64,000 bases of DNA. Source: Lingula anatina. Its lineage: Eukaryota > Animalia > Brachiopoda. The notes below the pieces were generated by a model. It was not told the DNA's origin and made no database searches. It saw only the letters and a list, made by a program, of their open reading frames with translations. Both the position numbers and the translations under genes were made by a program. The stretch covers positions 4,038,954 to 4,102,953 of the forward strand of contig CM120644.1 in assembly GCA_051362555.1 (NCBI GenBank), given 5' to 3'. Of the stretch, positions 51,433 to 63,656 are shown in pieces. Numbering within the stretch: the stretch's first letter is position 1; each line of letters begins with the position of its first letter.

Positions 51433-54400
51433 CTAGAGGATCAGAGAGGCGATACCGCCTCCAAATATTGTACCACCAGCTGGAGCAAACGCATTCGTAT
51501 AGACCACCACATACACAAAATAAGGGACACAGCCACCAGTTTTGTGCTTGACAAGCTGTAAAAATGCAATCAACAAGAATTTTTTAAATATTGCAAAAAA
51601 ATATATATGGTACAATCAAATTTAAGTTCTTCGTAAGGTAGGTCAAGGGTCAATTTCAAGGTCACAGTAAATTGCCAGTATATGACTTCCTATTCAAGTT
51701 CAAGAGTAACTATGGACCTATCTCTGTCAAGTTTGAAATTAAAAGAGAAAGAAATTAGCAGAGTTCAGTTCATGATAAAAAGTAGGTCAAAGGTCAATTT
51801 CAAGGTCACACTTAGATTGCCAGTATAGGACTTCCTATTCAACTTCAATAGTAACTATGGACCTATCTCAGCCAGTTTTGGAGATAAAAGGGAAGCAAAA
51901 TTTGCAAAATTCAGTTCATGGTGAAAAGTAGGTCAAAGGTCAATTTCAAGGTCACATTTAGATTGCCAGTATATGACTTTCTATTCAAGTTCAATAGTAA
52001 CTATGGACCTATCTCTGCCAGTTTTGGAGATTAAAGGGCAGAAAAGTTTGCAAAGTTCAGTTCATGGTGAAAAGTAGGTCAAAGGTCAATTTTAAGGTCA
52101 CATTTAGATTGCCAGTATATGACTTCCTATTCAAGTTCAATAGTAACTTTGGACCTATCTCTGCCAGTTTTGGAGATAAAAGGGAAGCAAAATTTGCAAA
52201 GTTCAGTTTATGGTGAAAAGTAGGTCAAAGGTCAATTTTAAGGTCACATTTAGATTGCCAGTATATGACTTCCTTTTTAAGTTCAATAGTAACTATAGAC
52301 CTATCTCAGCCAGTTTTGGAGATAAAAGGGAAGCAAAATTTGCAAAATTCAGTTCATGGTGTAAAGTAGGTCAAAGGTCAATTTTAAGGTCACATTTAGA
52401 TTGCCAGTATATGACTTCCTTTTCAAGTTCAATAGTAACTATGGACCTATCTCTGCCAGTTTTGGAGATTAAAGGGCAGAAAAGTTTGCAAAGTTCAGTT
52501 CATGGTGAAAAGTAGGTCAAAGGTCAATTTTAAGGTCACATTTAGATTGCCAGTATATGACTTCCTATTCAAGTTCAATAGTAACTTTGGACCTATCTCT
52601 GCCAGTTTTGGAGATAAAAGGGAAGCAAAATTTGCAAAGTTCAGTTTATGGTGAAAAGTAGGTCAAAGGTCAATTTTAAGGTCACATTTAGATTGCCAGT
52701 ATATGACTTCCTATTCAAGTTCAATAGTAACTACGGACCTATCTCAGCCAGTTTTGGAGATAAAAGGAAAGCAAAATTTGCAAAATTCAGTTCATGGTGT
52801 AAATTAGGTCAAAGGTCAATTTTAAGGTCACATTTAGATTGCCAGTATATGATTTCCTATTCAACTTCAATAGTAACAATGGACCTATCTCTGCCAGTTT
52901 TGGAGATAAAAGGGAAGAAAAATTTGCAAAGTTCAGTTCATGGTGAAAAGTAGGCCAAAGGTCAATTTTAAGGTCACATTTAGATTGCCAGTATATGACT
53001 TCCTATTCAAGTTCAATAGTAACTATGGACCTATCTCTGCCAGTTTTGGAGATAAAAGGGAAGCAAATTTTGCAAAGTTCAGTTTATGGTGAAAAGTAGG
53101 TCAAAGGTCAATTTTAAGGTCACATTTAGATTGCCAGTATATGACTTCCTATTCAAGTTCAATAGTAACTACGGACCTATCTCTGCCAGTTTTGGAGATT
53201 AAAGGGCAGAAAAGTTTGCAAAGTTCAGTTCATGGTGAAAAGTAGGTCAAAGGTCAATTTTAAGGTCACATTTAGATTGCCAGTATATGACTTCCTATTC
53301 AAGTTCAATAGTAACTTTGGACCTATCTCTGCCAGTTTTGGAGATAAAAGGGAAGCAAAATTTGCAAAGTTCAGTTTATGGTGAAAAGTAGGTCAAAGGT
53401 CAATTTTAAGGTCACATTTAGATTGCCAGTATATGACTTCCTATTCAAGTTCAATAGTAACTACGGACCTATCTCAGCCAGTTTTGGAGATAAAAGGAAA
53501 GCAAAATTTGCAAAATTCAGTTCATGGTGTAAATTAGGTCAAAGGTCAATTTTAAGGTCACATTTAGATTGCCAGTATATGATTTCCTATTCAACTTCAA
53601 TAGTAACAATGGACCTATCTCTGCCAGTTTTGGAGATAAAAGGGAAGAAAAATTTGCAAAGTTCAGTTCATGGTGAAAAGTAGGCCAAAGGTCAATTTTA
53701 AGGTCACATTTAGATTGCCAGTATATGACTTCCTATTCAAGTTCAATAGTAACTATGGACCTATCTCTGCCAGTTTTGGAGATAAAAGGGAAGCAAATTT
53801 TGCAAAGTTCAGTTTATGGTGAAAAGTAGGTCAAAGGTCAATTTTAAGGTCACATTTAGATTGCCAGTATATGACTTCCTATTCAAGTTCAATAGTAACT
53901 ACGGACCTATCTCAGCCAGTTTTGGAGATAAAAGGAAAGCAAAATTTGCAAAATTCTGTTCATGGTGAAAAGTAGGTCAAAGGTCAATTTAATGTCACAT
54001 ATAGATTGCCAGTATATGACTTCCTATTCAAGTTCAATAGTTACTTCGGACCTATCTCTGCCAGTTTTGGAGATAAAAGGAAAGCAAAATTTGCAAAATT
54101 CAGTTCATGGTGTAAAGTAGGTCAAAGGTCAATTTTAAGGTCACATTTAGATTGCCAGTATATGACTTCCTATTCAAGTTCAATAGTAACTATGGACCTA
54201 TCTCTGCCAGTTTTGGAGATAAAAGGGAAGAAAAATTTGCAAAGTTCAGTTTATGGTGAAAAGTAGGTCAAAGGTCAATTTCAAGGTCATAGTAAGATTG
54301 CCAGTATATGACTTCCTATTCAACTTCAATAGTAACTATGGACCTATCTCTGCCAGTTTTGGAGATATAAGGGACTAGATGTTATAATTTTGGAGTTACC

Positions 54401-55364
54401 ATAATGTGCCTTAAATTTCGTACAGAAAAAATTAATTAAAATAAAGAAAATGTCATTTTGGTCAAAATTCTTGAAATAGGAGGTGCTCTGAAGTTTCAGA
54501 AGTTCAAATTTGATGAAATAATGTCATTTTTGAACACAAGTTGTCTGCTTTGCCAAGCCTTATGTTTTATTTTTCCAGAGTTCAAAATTTATTATCCATT
54601 ACCGTACTGCACATTTTGCTTTTACCACCAATATGTACTTTTTGATACAGCGTAACTCGAAAACCGTATGGAATACAAAAAAACCGAGACCAATTCCAGT
54701 GTTGGGCTTTACATGCTCTACAAAATGCAAAAAAGAATGGGTCTCTAGCATTAACGGTTCCCGAATTAGAGACAGTTTTCAGTTTCGGTATCTTATGGCC
54801 GCTACTCCCGTGAAAATGCACCGATTGACCCCAAATTCATGGAGATGAAAGATGACCTGAAGGGTAACACTTTCCAATAATATTATTGGTTAAGTCTGTG
54901 TGGTGTCTGAATAACAGGGCAAAAAAAATTTTTTTCGTAAAAAATTTCATTTTTTTGAAAATTTTGGCCCATTTGACCTTGAAGTAGAGGTCAAAGGTCA
55001 AATCCAAGGGTATATTTGAAATCTACACATATGACTTTTGGAAAGCCGTCTATAGAAATTTTTCCCATAACTCCTTCCGTAGGGTAGATAATTAGCATTT
55101 AATTTTGCCATTTTTAGACAAGGGTGCATTGCAATGAGTGCCACACCCAGACCCCAATACCGACAAAGCCCAAATTTTACGTGGAACGAGTTGAGATTAT
55201 AGGTGACCTAAATCCATGAGATGGGTACGGGGGCCCTTACCGTCTAGGAGGAGAAGCGGTAACAGTAGCCGTCCGGCGGAGCCGGCGGAGCCAACGGAGC
55301 CGGCGGAACGATCCGGACGGGACCGAAACCATGTGTACCGCCAGCGCTAACGCTGGTGGTACAA
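51433..55364 (-). mobile_element. Non-autonomous Helentron/HINE-like element, family A copy 2, with expanded 146-bp satellite
   Basis: On the minus strand it ends in hairpin gaggcggtatcgcctc + CTAG|tt. Sub-TIR tgtaccaccagc, terminal palindrome tgtaccgccagcg..cgctggtggtaca, and a (ccggcggag)n microsatellite. Collinear with 13076-16022. Confidence 0.8.
51640..54375. repeat. 146-bp tandem satellite array, ~19 monomers
   Basis: aggtcaaaggtca recurs at 51784, 51930, 52076 ... 54265 (period 146). Confidence 0.95.
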
Positions 55365-55442
55365 TGACTTTAGTAACCAGTGAGAGTAAGAATCATTGTC
55401 AATACAATCACAGTTTGCCCTTGGGGATACGTTAAAAGACTG

Positions 55443-55473
<31 letters not shown>

Positions 55474-56829
55474 CACACAGGGTAGCCAATTAAATTATTT
55501 GTGGTGCTGCTCAGTAGGCTAAGATTTATAGCTTACTAGTACTTTGCTTAGGCTCATTTTTGACTTGAGTCATTTTATGAAACAGACCCAGAAACCAACA
55601 TAAAGAAGACTAGATCATTATCAAAACACATTCCAGGTAGACTTCAGGTAGGGCAGTTTCAAAGTAGATTTTAAGATTTCACTTGCCACTGGACTATATT
55701 AATTAAATGGAATAGAGACGATCATTCTCCACATGAGTCATATATAGGACTTGAAGCCCTGAAATACAAAGGCAAGTCTGGATAAAAATGTCAACTGCAG
55801 TTTTCTGGAGATGTGCCTCCATAAAAATGAGAATGATCAATCAGTAAACTGTCATGCCTAATGAACTAACCTTTTGTGTTTTTCCAGCGAAGACAAGTAC
55901 TTAGCTGAACGCAAGGCAAGTTTGGAGGACTGTAAAATCTGCAAATTCTAAAAGAAAGAGATGGCTTCAGTTATTTTATAATAATTATCATGTTAAAGAC
56001 TACTTAATTAAACTTGAACTTGTAAATTAAAAAAAAGTAGAAATTAAACCAAAGTCTAATATACTTTTTGCATGTGTTCAACTATACCTTTTTTTATAAA
56101 TTTTAAAAATAAAAAAGTAAAAATTATAGACTACATAATTTTAAAATCATTTTTGCATGTATTTGGATAATATTCTCAATTCAGTGATAGGGGCACTCAT
56201 CAACTCCTGATATCCCACCAGAATACATGCAGGGCAAATATTTTACCAAACGCTAAACATATCCATGTAAATGCTTAGTATAAGATATATTTGACCAAAG
56301 AAATTATATAATATGTTCCAGTGCATTCAAGGTTGTAATTATCCAGCCAAGCTAAAATGCTGTCTCAGAAACAGCCCAGATGTTTTATCTTGGAATACAA
56401 GCTAACACAGTCACGACCCATTAAACAGGACACTTATGGTCTGGAAGACAGGTAACACAGTTTATAATGTACTTAATGGCAGAAATCCAATAAAGCCACA
56501 TGTTGGAGAATTGAAATATGAACTCCCACAAGTGAACCCAGATATATTAAAACCATCAAAATGTAAACCTTCAAGGCCCTCAAGAGTCCATCTGTTTTCT
56601 CTAATTCTACACAATTCTCACATAAATTGCCAATCTTTTATAAATCAGCTTTCAGCTTTGTGTGTATATATCTGATTACTGTTTTTCACTGCCTTAATTT
56701 TCATCACTTTAACCTGCTCTATTTCTGTTACAAGTGCATATCTAAACTAAGTACATATCTCTGAAAATCAACCTATAGGGAAAATAATAATCTAACTTGC
56801 TGTAATACATTTCTATTATAGCCTAAAAG

Positions 56830-57420
56830 TTTCTTCCATCAGCCCTCAGGAACTCAGGGTACAGTTTAATTGTCACACCAGGGAAATTATAACCCATTTA
56901 TGTTGAAACATTTCCCATTATGGCATAAAACACTCTTTATCAGCCCTCAGAAACTCAGGGTACAATTAGCTTGTCCCATAGGAAAAATCATATTATCCTA
57001 TTGTGCCAACACATCCCTATTACGGCACAAAACAGTCTCTGCCATCCTTTGGCAATCCAGGGTAGTTAATTGTAATAACACAGTAATTAATTGTAATAAT
57101 AAGTTTATTGAGCACTAAATGGTATGAAAACATTTGCAGGCTCACTAGACTACATTATTTACACAATATATAAAGGATATTCAATTATAACCCAGTTATG
57201 CCAACACATCTCATTAGGGCATAAAACACTCCTTATCATTCCTTGGAAACTCAGGGTACAGTTTAATTGTCCCACCTGGAAATTATAATCCCATTATGTT
57301 GACACATCCCCATTATGGCATAAAACAGTCTTTACCGTACCTTGGAAACTCAGGGTACAGTTTAATTGTCCCACCAGGGAAATTATAACCCTGTTATGTT
57401 GACACATCCCCATTATGGTA
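56830..57420. repeat. Diverged ~100-bp minisatellite (5-6 units)
   Basis: aactcagggtacagtttaattgtc..ggaaattataaccc..acatccccattatggc recurs at ~56850, 56952, 57055, 57248, 57346. Confidence 0.85.
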
Positions 57421-57908
57421 TGCCAGAGATAAGCAACAGTTCATTTCCTTAACAATATTATAGCCAGACTCCCCTGTCACCTATATATCACTGTGCACTG
57501 ATCTGGGGGAATTATACTTGGTTCATAGATAATGCAAATTTAGAATATTGATAGAAAGGAAGCACAGCTGTGCTTACCCCCCCCCCCCCCCCCCCTCTCC
57601 CTTGCACCCCACCCCACAGACATGTTATATGTATTAATATGAAAATTTTAGTTTTTTTATGAATGAAACTCAAAATAAATAAATAAATACCAACAAATTA
57701 CAATTTACTATAGATACAATTTACTTCTGTGCTTGTCAAACCATCAAATAGGTGGAATATTTTGTCACTCTAACTTTATTGTCTGTACTACCTCGACTAT
57801 TATCAAAAATAAATCCCAAGTGTCAAATAAAATAGGAATCCACATAAAAAAGAAGCCATATCTTTAAGCTTAGATATTACTGATATTAAGCAGTCATAAG
57901 ATGTCTGG

Positions 57909-58315
57909 CTGGAAATGTGGCCAGGTAGCATATGTTAAGTTAAGCTGTCACAAGTTGTGTGGAAATGTTACCAGATAACACATATCAGACATGAGAATAG
58001 GTAAAAAAAAAATCTGAACAGATTTTATTGCAGATCTTGACGAATCTCAGGAACAATAAGAATTGACTTAAAAAACGCGGAATTCTGTTTCTGCGGAGAG
58101 ATCATGTCTGACATGTTAAGTTGAGCTGTCACAAGTTGTGTGGAAATGTGACCAGATAGCACATATAAGTTAAGCTGCCACTAGTTGTGTGGAAATGTGA
58201 CCAGGAAGCACATATATCTTAAGCTGCCACAAGTTGTGTGGAAATATGACCAGATGGCACATTCTAAGTTGAACTGCCACAAGTTGTGTGGAAATGGGAC
58301 CAGAAAGCACTTTAG
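57909..58315. repeat. ~49-bp minisatellite interrupted by a ~125-bp insertion with inverted ends
   Basis: Unit aagttgtgtggaaatgtgaccagatagcacatataagttaagctgccac; the insertion at ~57985-58111 is bounded by tcagacatga / tcatgtctga. Confidence 0.8.
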
Positions 58316-59229
58316 ATGTTGCAAGCTGTATGAAAATATGAAAAGACAATCCACTGTTAGTGTCACTTTGGCAGGTTCTTTTTATCTCATTCATCAAGAT
58401 CAGTCAATGGTAAAAAATGACATAAATTTATGAATCAAGTACTGGTATATCTTATTTTCTTCATCTGCTGTATCTGGTCTTTATCAAGAGCTTTTTTTTT
58501 TTTTTTTTTGTAAAATTCTAGATGATATTGCCAGTCTGCTTACTGTTTTTTCTTTTTTTATCAAACCTGAAATGTCATTCTGTAAAAGGTAAAACAAACA
58601 CCAGGAGATCTTTGGCAAGAAACACTTCATCACAAGAATAATTTAGATGTTATTTAAAGTAATTGGTTGTTTACAATCGAATTGTGTTATAAACCTAAAA
58701 TAAAATACAATCAGTACAAAATACTGGAAATAAAATACCACTGCATCATCTCATGTTGTAATCTATATATTTTTATCCAAGTACTATAAAGTCTAACTTT
58801 TTCTTTTAAATTATCTTTATTTTGCTTTAATTTTGATTTTATTTTCATATTCTAGAATTGTGCATTATATTTGACTTAATATATTTTTGATCCCAATTCT
58901 ACATGGATAACTTCAAACTTCCATTCATATTACAATGCTTCATGTTTGTTTACCTTTTAGTTTTACAATGCAGAAGAAATATAAACAAGAGTGTAAACAT
59001 AACCCAGCCATGTAAATAAACTTAGCATAAGAGCATGTGAAAATAGTGCATTATGATCAGGCATCCCAGTTTGTCCCAATGATGTAGAAACTGCTGGGTA
59101 GCAAACATGTGTACAAGCACTACTCACTGACACAATCAACAATCTGATCATCATACGCATTCTCAGCTGATTATGAATGCCAACCCATTTTATTTTTATA
59201 ACCCACAACCGCGTTACCGCTTATAAATT

Positions 59230-60065
59230 ATGCTAAATTTGACAGCTCTTCCCATGTCCAACACATCGTTACTCACTCGACGTCTAATGTTCGCTCGATT
59301 TCTCGCCGATTCTTCCCTCTGGCAAGCTCCTGTAGAACCAATCTGGTGAATTTTTCCTGCAAATCCCAGAGACCGGTTAAATGACAACAAAAGACCAGAA
59401 AACGCACATGTCTATTACCAGATAAATTATGATAATAAAATGATTAATATTTTAGTATTCTCAGTCAGTTACCCCTAATGCCGCCGGCGAATCAAGGAAG
59501 ACAAGACGCAAGATTAAATTAGCCCACTTACGATACACGTCGGCAGATTTTTTCATCGAATCTTCAAGCACATTCTTTCGGTATAGAGTTTCAGCATTCG
59601 GTGGAAATTGAGAAATGCAAATGAGGTTTGGGAGAGGGACCATCCATTAGTTGTTATTTACCAAAATATGAATTGGTGAAAGTTTAAATATCTCTCAGAG
59701 CATAAAATTCACGGTTTATATAAATCATTACTGTGAAGCTTTTCATTATTTAAAATAATTTTAAAACATGGTCCTTTTTTAGTTGCAATATGCTCCAAGA
59801 AATTTGTCTCAGCATAATGAATGATCCACGACTTCCGCCGGAAAGCAATGGCAAGAAACAAAAAAGTCCCCTTACAGAACACAGACTTCTTATACAAAAT
59901 CTTGGTGATTGTCCAAATACAATTATAGTACATAATCAAAAGACCATAATAATGCATAAATCTAAAAAATCAGGATATAAGAGGGAAAAATGGCGGATGA
60001 ATTTTTATGGACGAGACAAATAGGTCATCGAGGTCTAACTAGGTCATTTGACGTCACGTGCAGCA
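59230..60065. promoter_or_regulatory. Candidate bidirectional promoter region (VPS41 + / POU6 -)
   Basis: Locally CpG-richer. YY1-like AAAATGGCGG at ~59987, overlapping TGACGTCA/GTCACGTG at 60049-60060, octamer ATGCAAAT at 59615-59622, and minus-strand donors GTAAGT (~59531) and GTGAGT (~59276). Confidence 0.45.
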
Positions 60066-63000
60066 ATGGCCGAGAAAGAGCAGTTGGTTAGTATGCTAAA
60101 ATATTTTAGGATATCATTTGTGTTTTAGAACGGTTCACTATGTACAAACTCATGTGACATTCAATCTGCTATACTGGTTGCTTTTCATTTCTACTTGGAT
60201 CAAATAGATATTGATGTACGCCCTCTGTAATGACTCGCCGAGTCGATGAAGTTCGAATTGTTTACATATTCCTCATGCTAATTTCCAAGTTGTTTATTTC
60301 CTGATTACTGTTTTGTGGAAAATGTGATGACTGGCAATAAAGGAATACTTAAACGGTGTACTGGATATTCTATTACTATCCGAAAAAGTTCAGTTCTTTT
60401 AGCTTTGCCTGTTCTATTTAACCGAAGAGCGTCTTACAGTGACATTAGTTCCGTTCTATATAGCGTCCAGTTCCAGGATAAAACGTTGACTGGGGTAGTG
60501 CTAACACTAGCCAATTTAGCCAAATGCTAAAACTGACTGAAATTGGCTATACAAAAAAGGCTTGATTTGACATGTTTTAGCCAAATTATAACTATTTTGA
60601 TAACAAATTAACAAAAATGTGGTGATTTGGCTAAGCAAAAAAAAATTGCTAACGCTACCCCAGGACACCCTGAGCTTCAGAGATAACTTGACACTAACCT
60701 CTTCACAATAGCCTATCTTCATCGTGTCAAGTTACCTCTGACGAAAATAGTTTGACCTAGTTTATATAAGCCAATCGAATCCAAGTTTCAAAATTTTTCA
60801 CCAAAGTTTGGTGAAAACACTGATTGGTTGACCGTCAATCGGCAATCCTCGGCTGATTCTGCAAGCTCCATACTAACAACAAGGTTATTGTCGAGTGCGG
60901 AGACATCCGAGTAGTACCGAGTGCATAACCGTACACAAAGAAAGCATGGCGTCTCCTACGAGTGACTCCGTAAAATAATGTGTTAAGTTATCTCTTGATT
61001 CTTTGCAAAATATGAGTATATCGGAATTGAAACCAGAGCAGTTTGAGGCCCTGCATCATTATCTACTGAGGGATGATGTATTTTGCGTGCTGCCCACAGG
61101 TTACGGCAAGTCCCTGATATTCAGCCTTATCTTTGATTGGTCCGGATTTGAACAAAGCGCACTTTGACTCGTTCGCGTTCATTGGCTAGATCGTTCAATG
61201 AGTCATTGAGTGCGGGCTTTAAATTTGATTGGCGGGCGGCGGGGGCAATCGAATGTGGTCAGAGGTAACTTGACACGATGAAGGTAGGCTATAGTGAAGA
61301 GGTTAGTGTCAAGTTATCTCTGAAGCTCAGGGTGCCCCAGGATGACAAATATAGGAATGAAAAAAAAAAAAATTACACTTTGAGCTCATAAAATAATTTT
61401 TATTTTTGTTGTATGAAGTTACATAAGCAATGTTATGTATTTATTTTAAGCCTAGTGATGGTGGCTCCTCTGTAGAAGATGAAGGGAGCACAGAGGAGGA
61501 AGAGTCAGAGGAGGTACAGTTTTGGAAAGAAATATTGGCACTTTAGTAATATCCCCCATCACCATATAACTCTGTAAATTCCAATACCTTATTTAACTTA
61601 ATTTGCATGGTGACTGTCTCCTCTACGTAAGTAAATGAGTTTGGCAAAATTATTTAATAATATATGAAAGAAAGATGAAAAATAAGTTGGTAAATTTCCC
61701 AAATTAATTTGTTGAAATAGCAGAGATGTTGATCAAAATTATCATCTAACTTAAGTTTGATTAGCATTGATGAGAGAGTTACAGGGTAAGGGGGGGGAGG
61801 GTACTGCAAAAGTACTAAAATCTTAATAAATGAAAAATGTAAAAAATGTAAAAATAGAAATAGATACATGTAAATGAGGGACAGAGGAGAAGTAGAAAGG
61901 TGAAGTTAAACATCCTTCTCTCCCCTTGCTTGGTATCCTGGATGTTTAGTAATAAACAAGCAGTTATAACCATGCCAAGACTTAACATTTCTTTCACATT
62001 GACTATAACAGTTGAAATGCTCACATTTTCTCTACTTTACTTCCATACAGTCTCAGATGATATTTATTTCACTATTTTGCTTCTGCCAATATACCTCTAT
62101 CTCTGTGACAGGAAGTGGAACCAAAATTGAAGTATGAGAGAATCCAGAATGATCTTACAACCATTCTACAGAAAGAGGCTGCTAGTTGTATGGCAGTTCA
62201 CCCAAAGGTAAAGCTATAGAAACGGTAAGGACTCCATCTTCTTAGTGGGGAAAATTATATTTTACTGCTACTGTATTTTTTATAATGAAAATCTTAAAGA
62301 GAGAACATTCCTATAAAGTTGTAGCAACAAAACTAAAAAGCAGCCTACCTAGGCTTATAGTTCTGTTCTATATAGAAAAAGAACCACGTGCTATAAGGAA
62401 AAATGAACTTTAATGATTCCAAAATTATGTAGCAGAAAGACAGATAATTTTCCTCATTGAAAAGATATAATTAATATATATGTTGAAATAACAGTAGAAA
62501 CAACTTGACAGCACCAAGTTATATATTAATTGATATCTGTTATTTATTTGTTTATTGATTTTTCTTTCAGTTCTTAGCCCTAGGTACTCACTGGGGAGGA
62601 GTGTATATATTAGATCACAGTGGTAACAACATCAGAAACAAGGAGAGGAATCCAGTAAGTTAATGTCTAAGTTTAACTCTGAATTTTGAATTCAATTCAA
62701 GTATTGACTGATTGTCTCCATCAAGAGATGTGACGTACCAAGAAACAATTCTCTTCTGTATGTTCATGGGAATTCACTAGACTTCTGTTTTTTGATTATT
62801 CTCATTTTATTTATCTTGTTACTTAAGTTATTCAAATAAATAAATAAATAAATAAATAAATAAATAGATAAATATTATAAAAAATAAAAATAATAAGAAT
62901 GAAAGAAAACTGAATATTATACATTTAGTTTTTTTTTTTTACTTTTCAGCATTCCACCACAGTGAACCAAATCAGCATAGACAGCAACGGAGACTACATG

Positions 63001-63656
63001 GCTAGCTGTTCAGATGATGGCAGGGTACGTGGTACGGTAATGGCTCTGTCATTTCAACAGGAAAAAATTATCAGTTTTTCATATATACATTAATATTTGG
63101 AATCATTAAAAATGCATTTCTGTGTTGCGTGCTTTTAATGTATAGAATAAAACTATTTGGTAGTCTGCTTTATTACTTAAAAAGGTACAGTATCTGTAAA
63201 ATTCATTATTTTCCTTGTTGAAGTGATCAAGCCATTACCATAGATTAAAAGTAAAATATTTAGAATTTTTCTTTGACCCTATTTAGCCAAACAACTCCTA
63301 AAGATTTATGTGTTAAAAATTCTGGTATCTGGTAATGACTAAGTTTAAAGTTAATGGTACATTCCATGGGTCTTTAAATCCCAAAAATGCTTATTTTTTG
63401 CCATCAACAGCTTCTTATGAAGTCTTTCATACACCATGCAGAGTTTACAGTATCATTTCCCTCTTTCTTTATTTCTTCTTTCTATATACATATACTTGGT
63501 TGAATCTTATATTCCCATCAGGTTGTCATCATAGGCCTGTATGGCTCAGACAATAATCAAGAGTTCCAGTTTGATCGTCCAATCAAAGCCGTGTCCCTGG
63601 ACCCAGGATTTTACCGCCCTAACATGGGGCGACAGTACGTCACTGGAGACGAGAAG
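60066..63656 (+). CDS. VPS41: Vacuolar protein sorting 41 (HOPS subunit), 5' partial; exons 60066-60086, 61451-61513, 62112-62207, 62571-62654, 62950-63024, 63522-63656; continues beyond the window
   Basis: Spliced translation MAEKEQL|PSDGGSSVEDEGSTEEEESEE|EVEPKLKYERIQNDLTTILQKEAASCMAVHPK|FLALGTHWGGVYILDHSGN..|HSTTVNQISIDSNGDYMASCSDDGR|VVIIGLYG..FDRPIKAVSLDP..RQYVTGDEK matches the VPS41 acidic N-terminus and WD40 start. All introns are phase-0 GT-AG. The first exon is the least certain. Confidence 0.93.
60490..60663. mobile_element. Small MITE-like inverted-repeat element adjoining the Academ-like insertion
   Basis: ctggggtagtgctaaca ... tgctaacgctaccccag, with internal ttagccaaat / atttggctaa motifs. 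Confidence 0.45.
60666..61334 (+). mobile_element. Non-autonomous AcademH-like DNA transposon with RecQ helicase remnant, in VPS41 intron 1
   Basis: ~77-bp near-perfect TIRs (caccctgagcttcagagataacttgacactaacctcttcac...), exact 8-bp TSD ccccagga (60658-65 / 61335-42), CA..TG termini, and an internal helicase motif I. Confidence 0.8.
60946..61167 (+). pseudogene. RecQ-type SF2 helicase N-terminal fragment (stop-interrupted, truncated)
   Basis: MASPTSDSVK*CVKLSLDSLQNMSISELKPEQFEALHHYLLRDDVFCVLPTGYGKSLIF: Q-motif plus Walker A LPTGYGKS. Confidence 0.8.
62833..62866. repeat. (AAAT)n microsatellite
   Basis: Direct reading of the sequence. Confidence 0.9.

Noticed and set aside
51640-54375. Regular array suggesting CRISPR, and repeated 86-101-aa ORFs (MVKSRSKVNFKVTF...)
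   Set aside because: Whole monomers repeat with no unique spacers, there are no cas genes and the context is eukaryotic. The ORFs are by-products of the satellite.
60946-60978. ATGGCG as the VPS41 start codon
   Set aside because: It lies inside the TIR/TSD-bounded transposon and leads into the helicase remnant. The exon at 60066-60086 fits VPS41 better.
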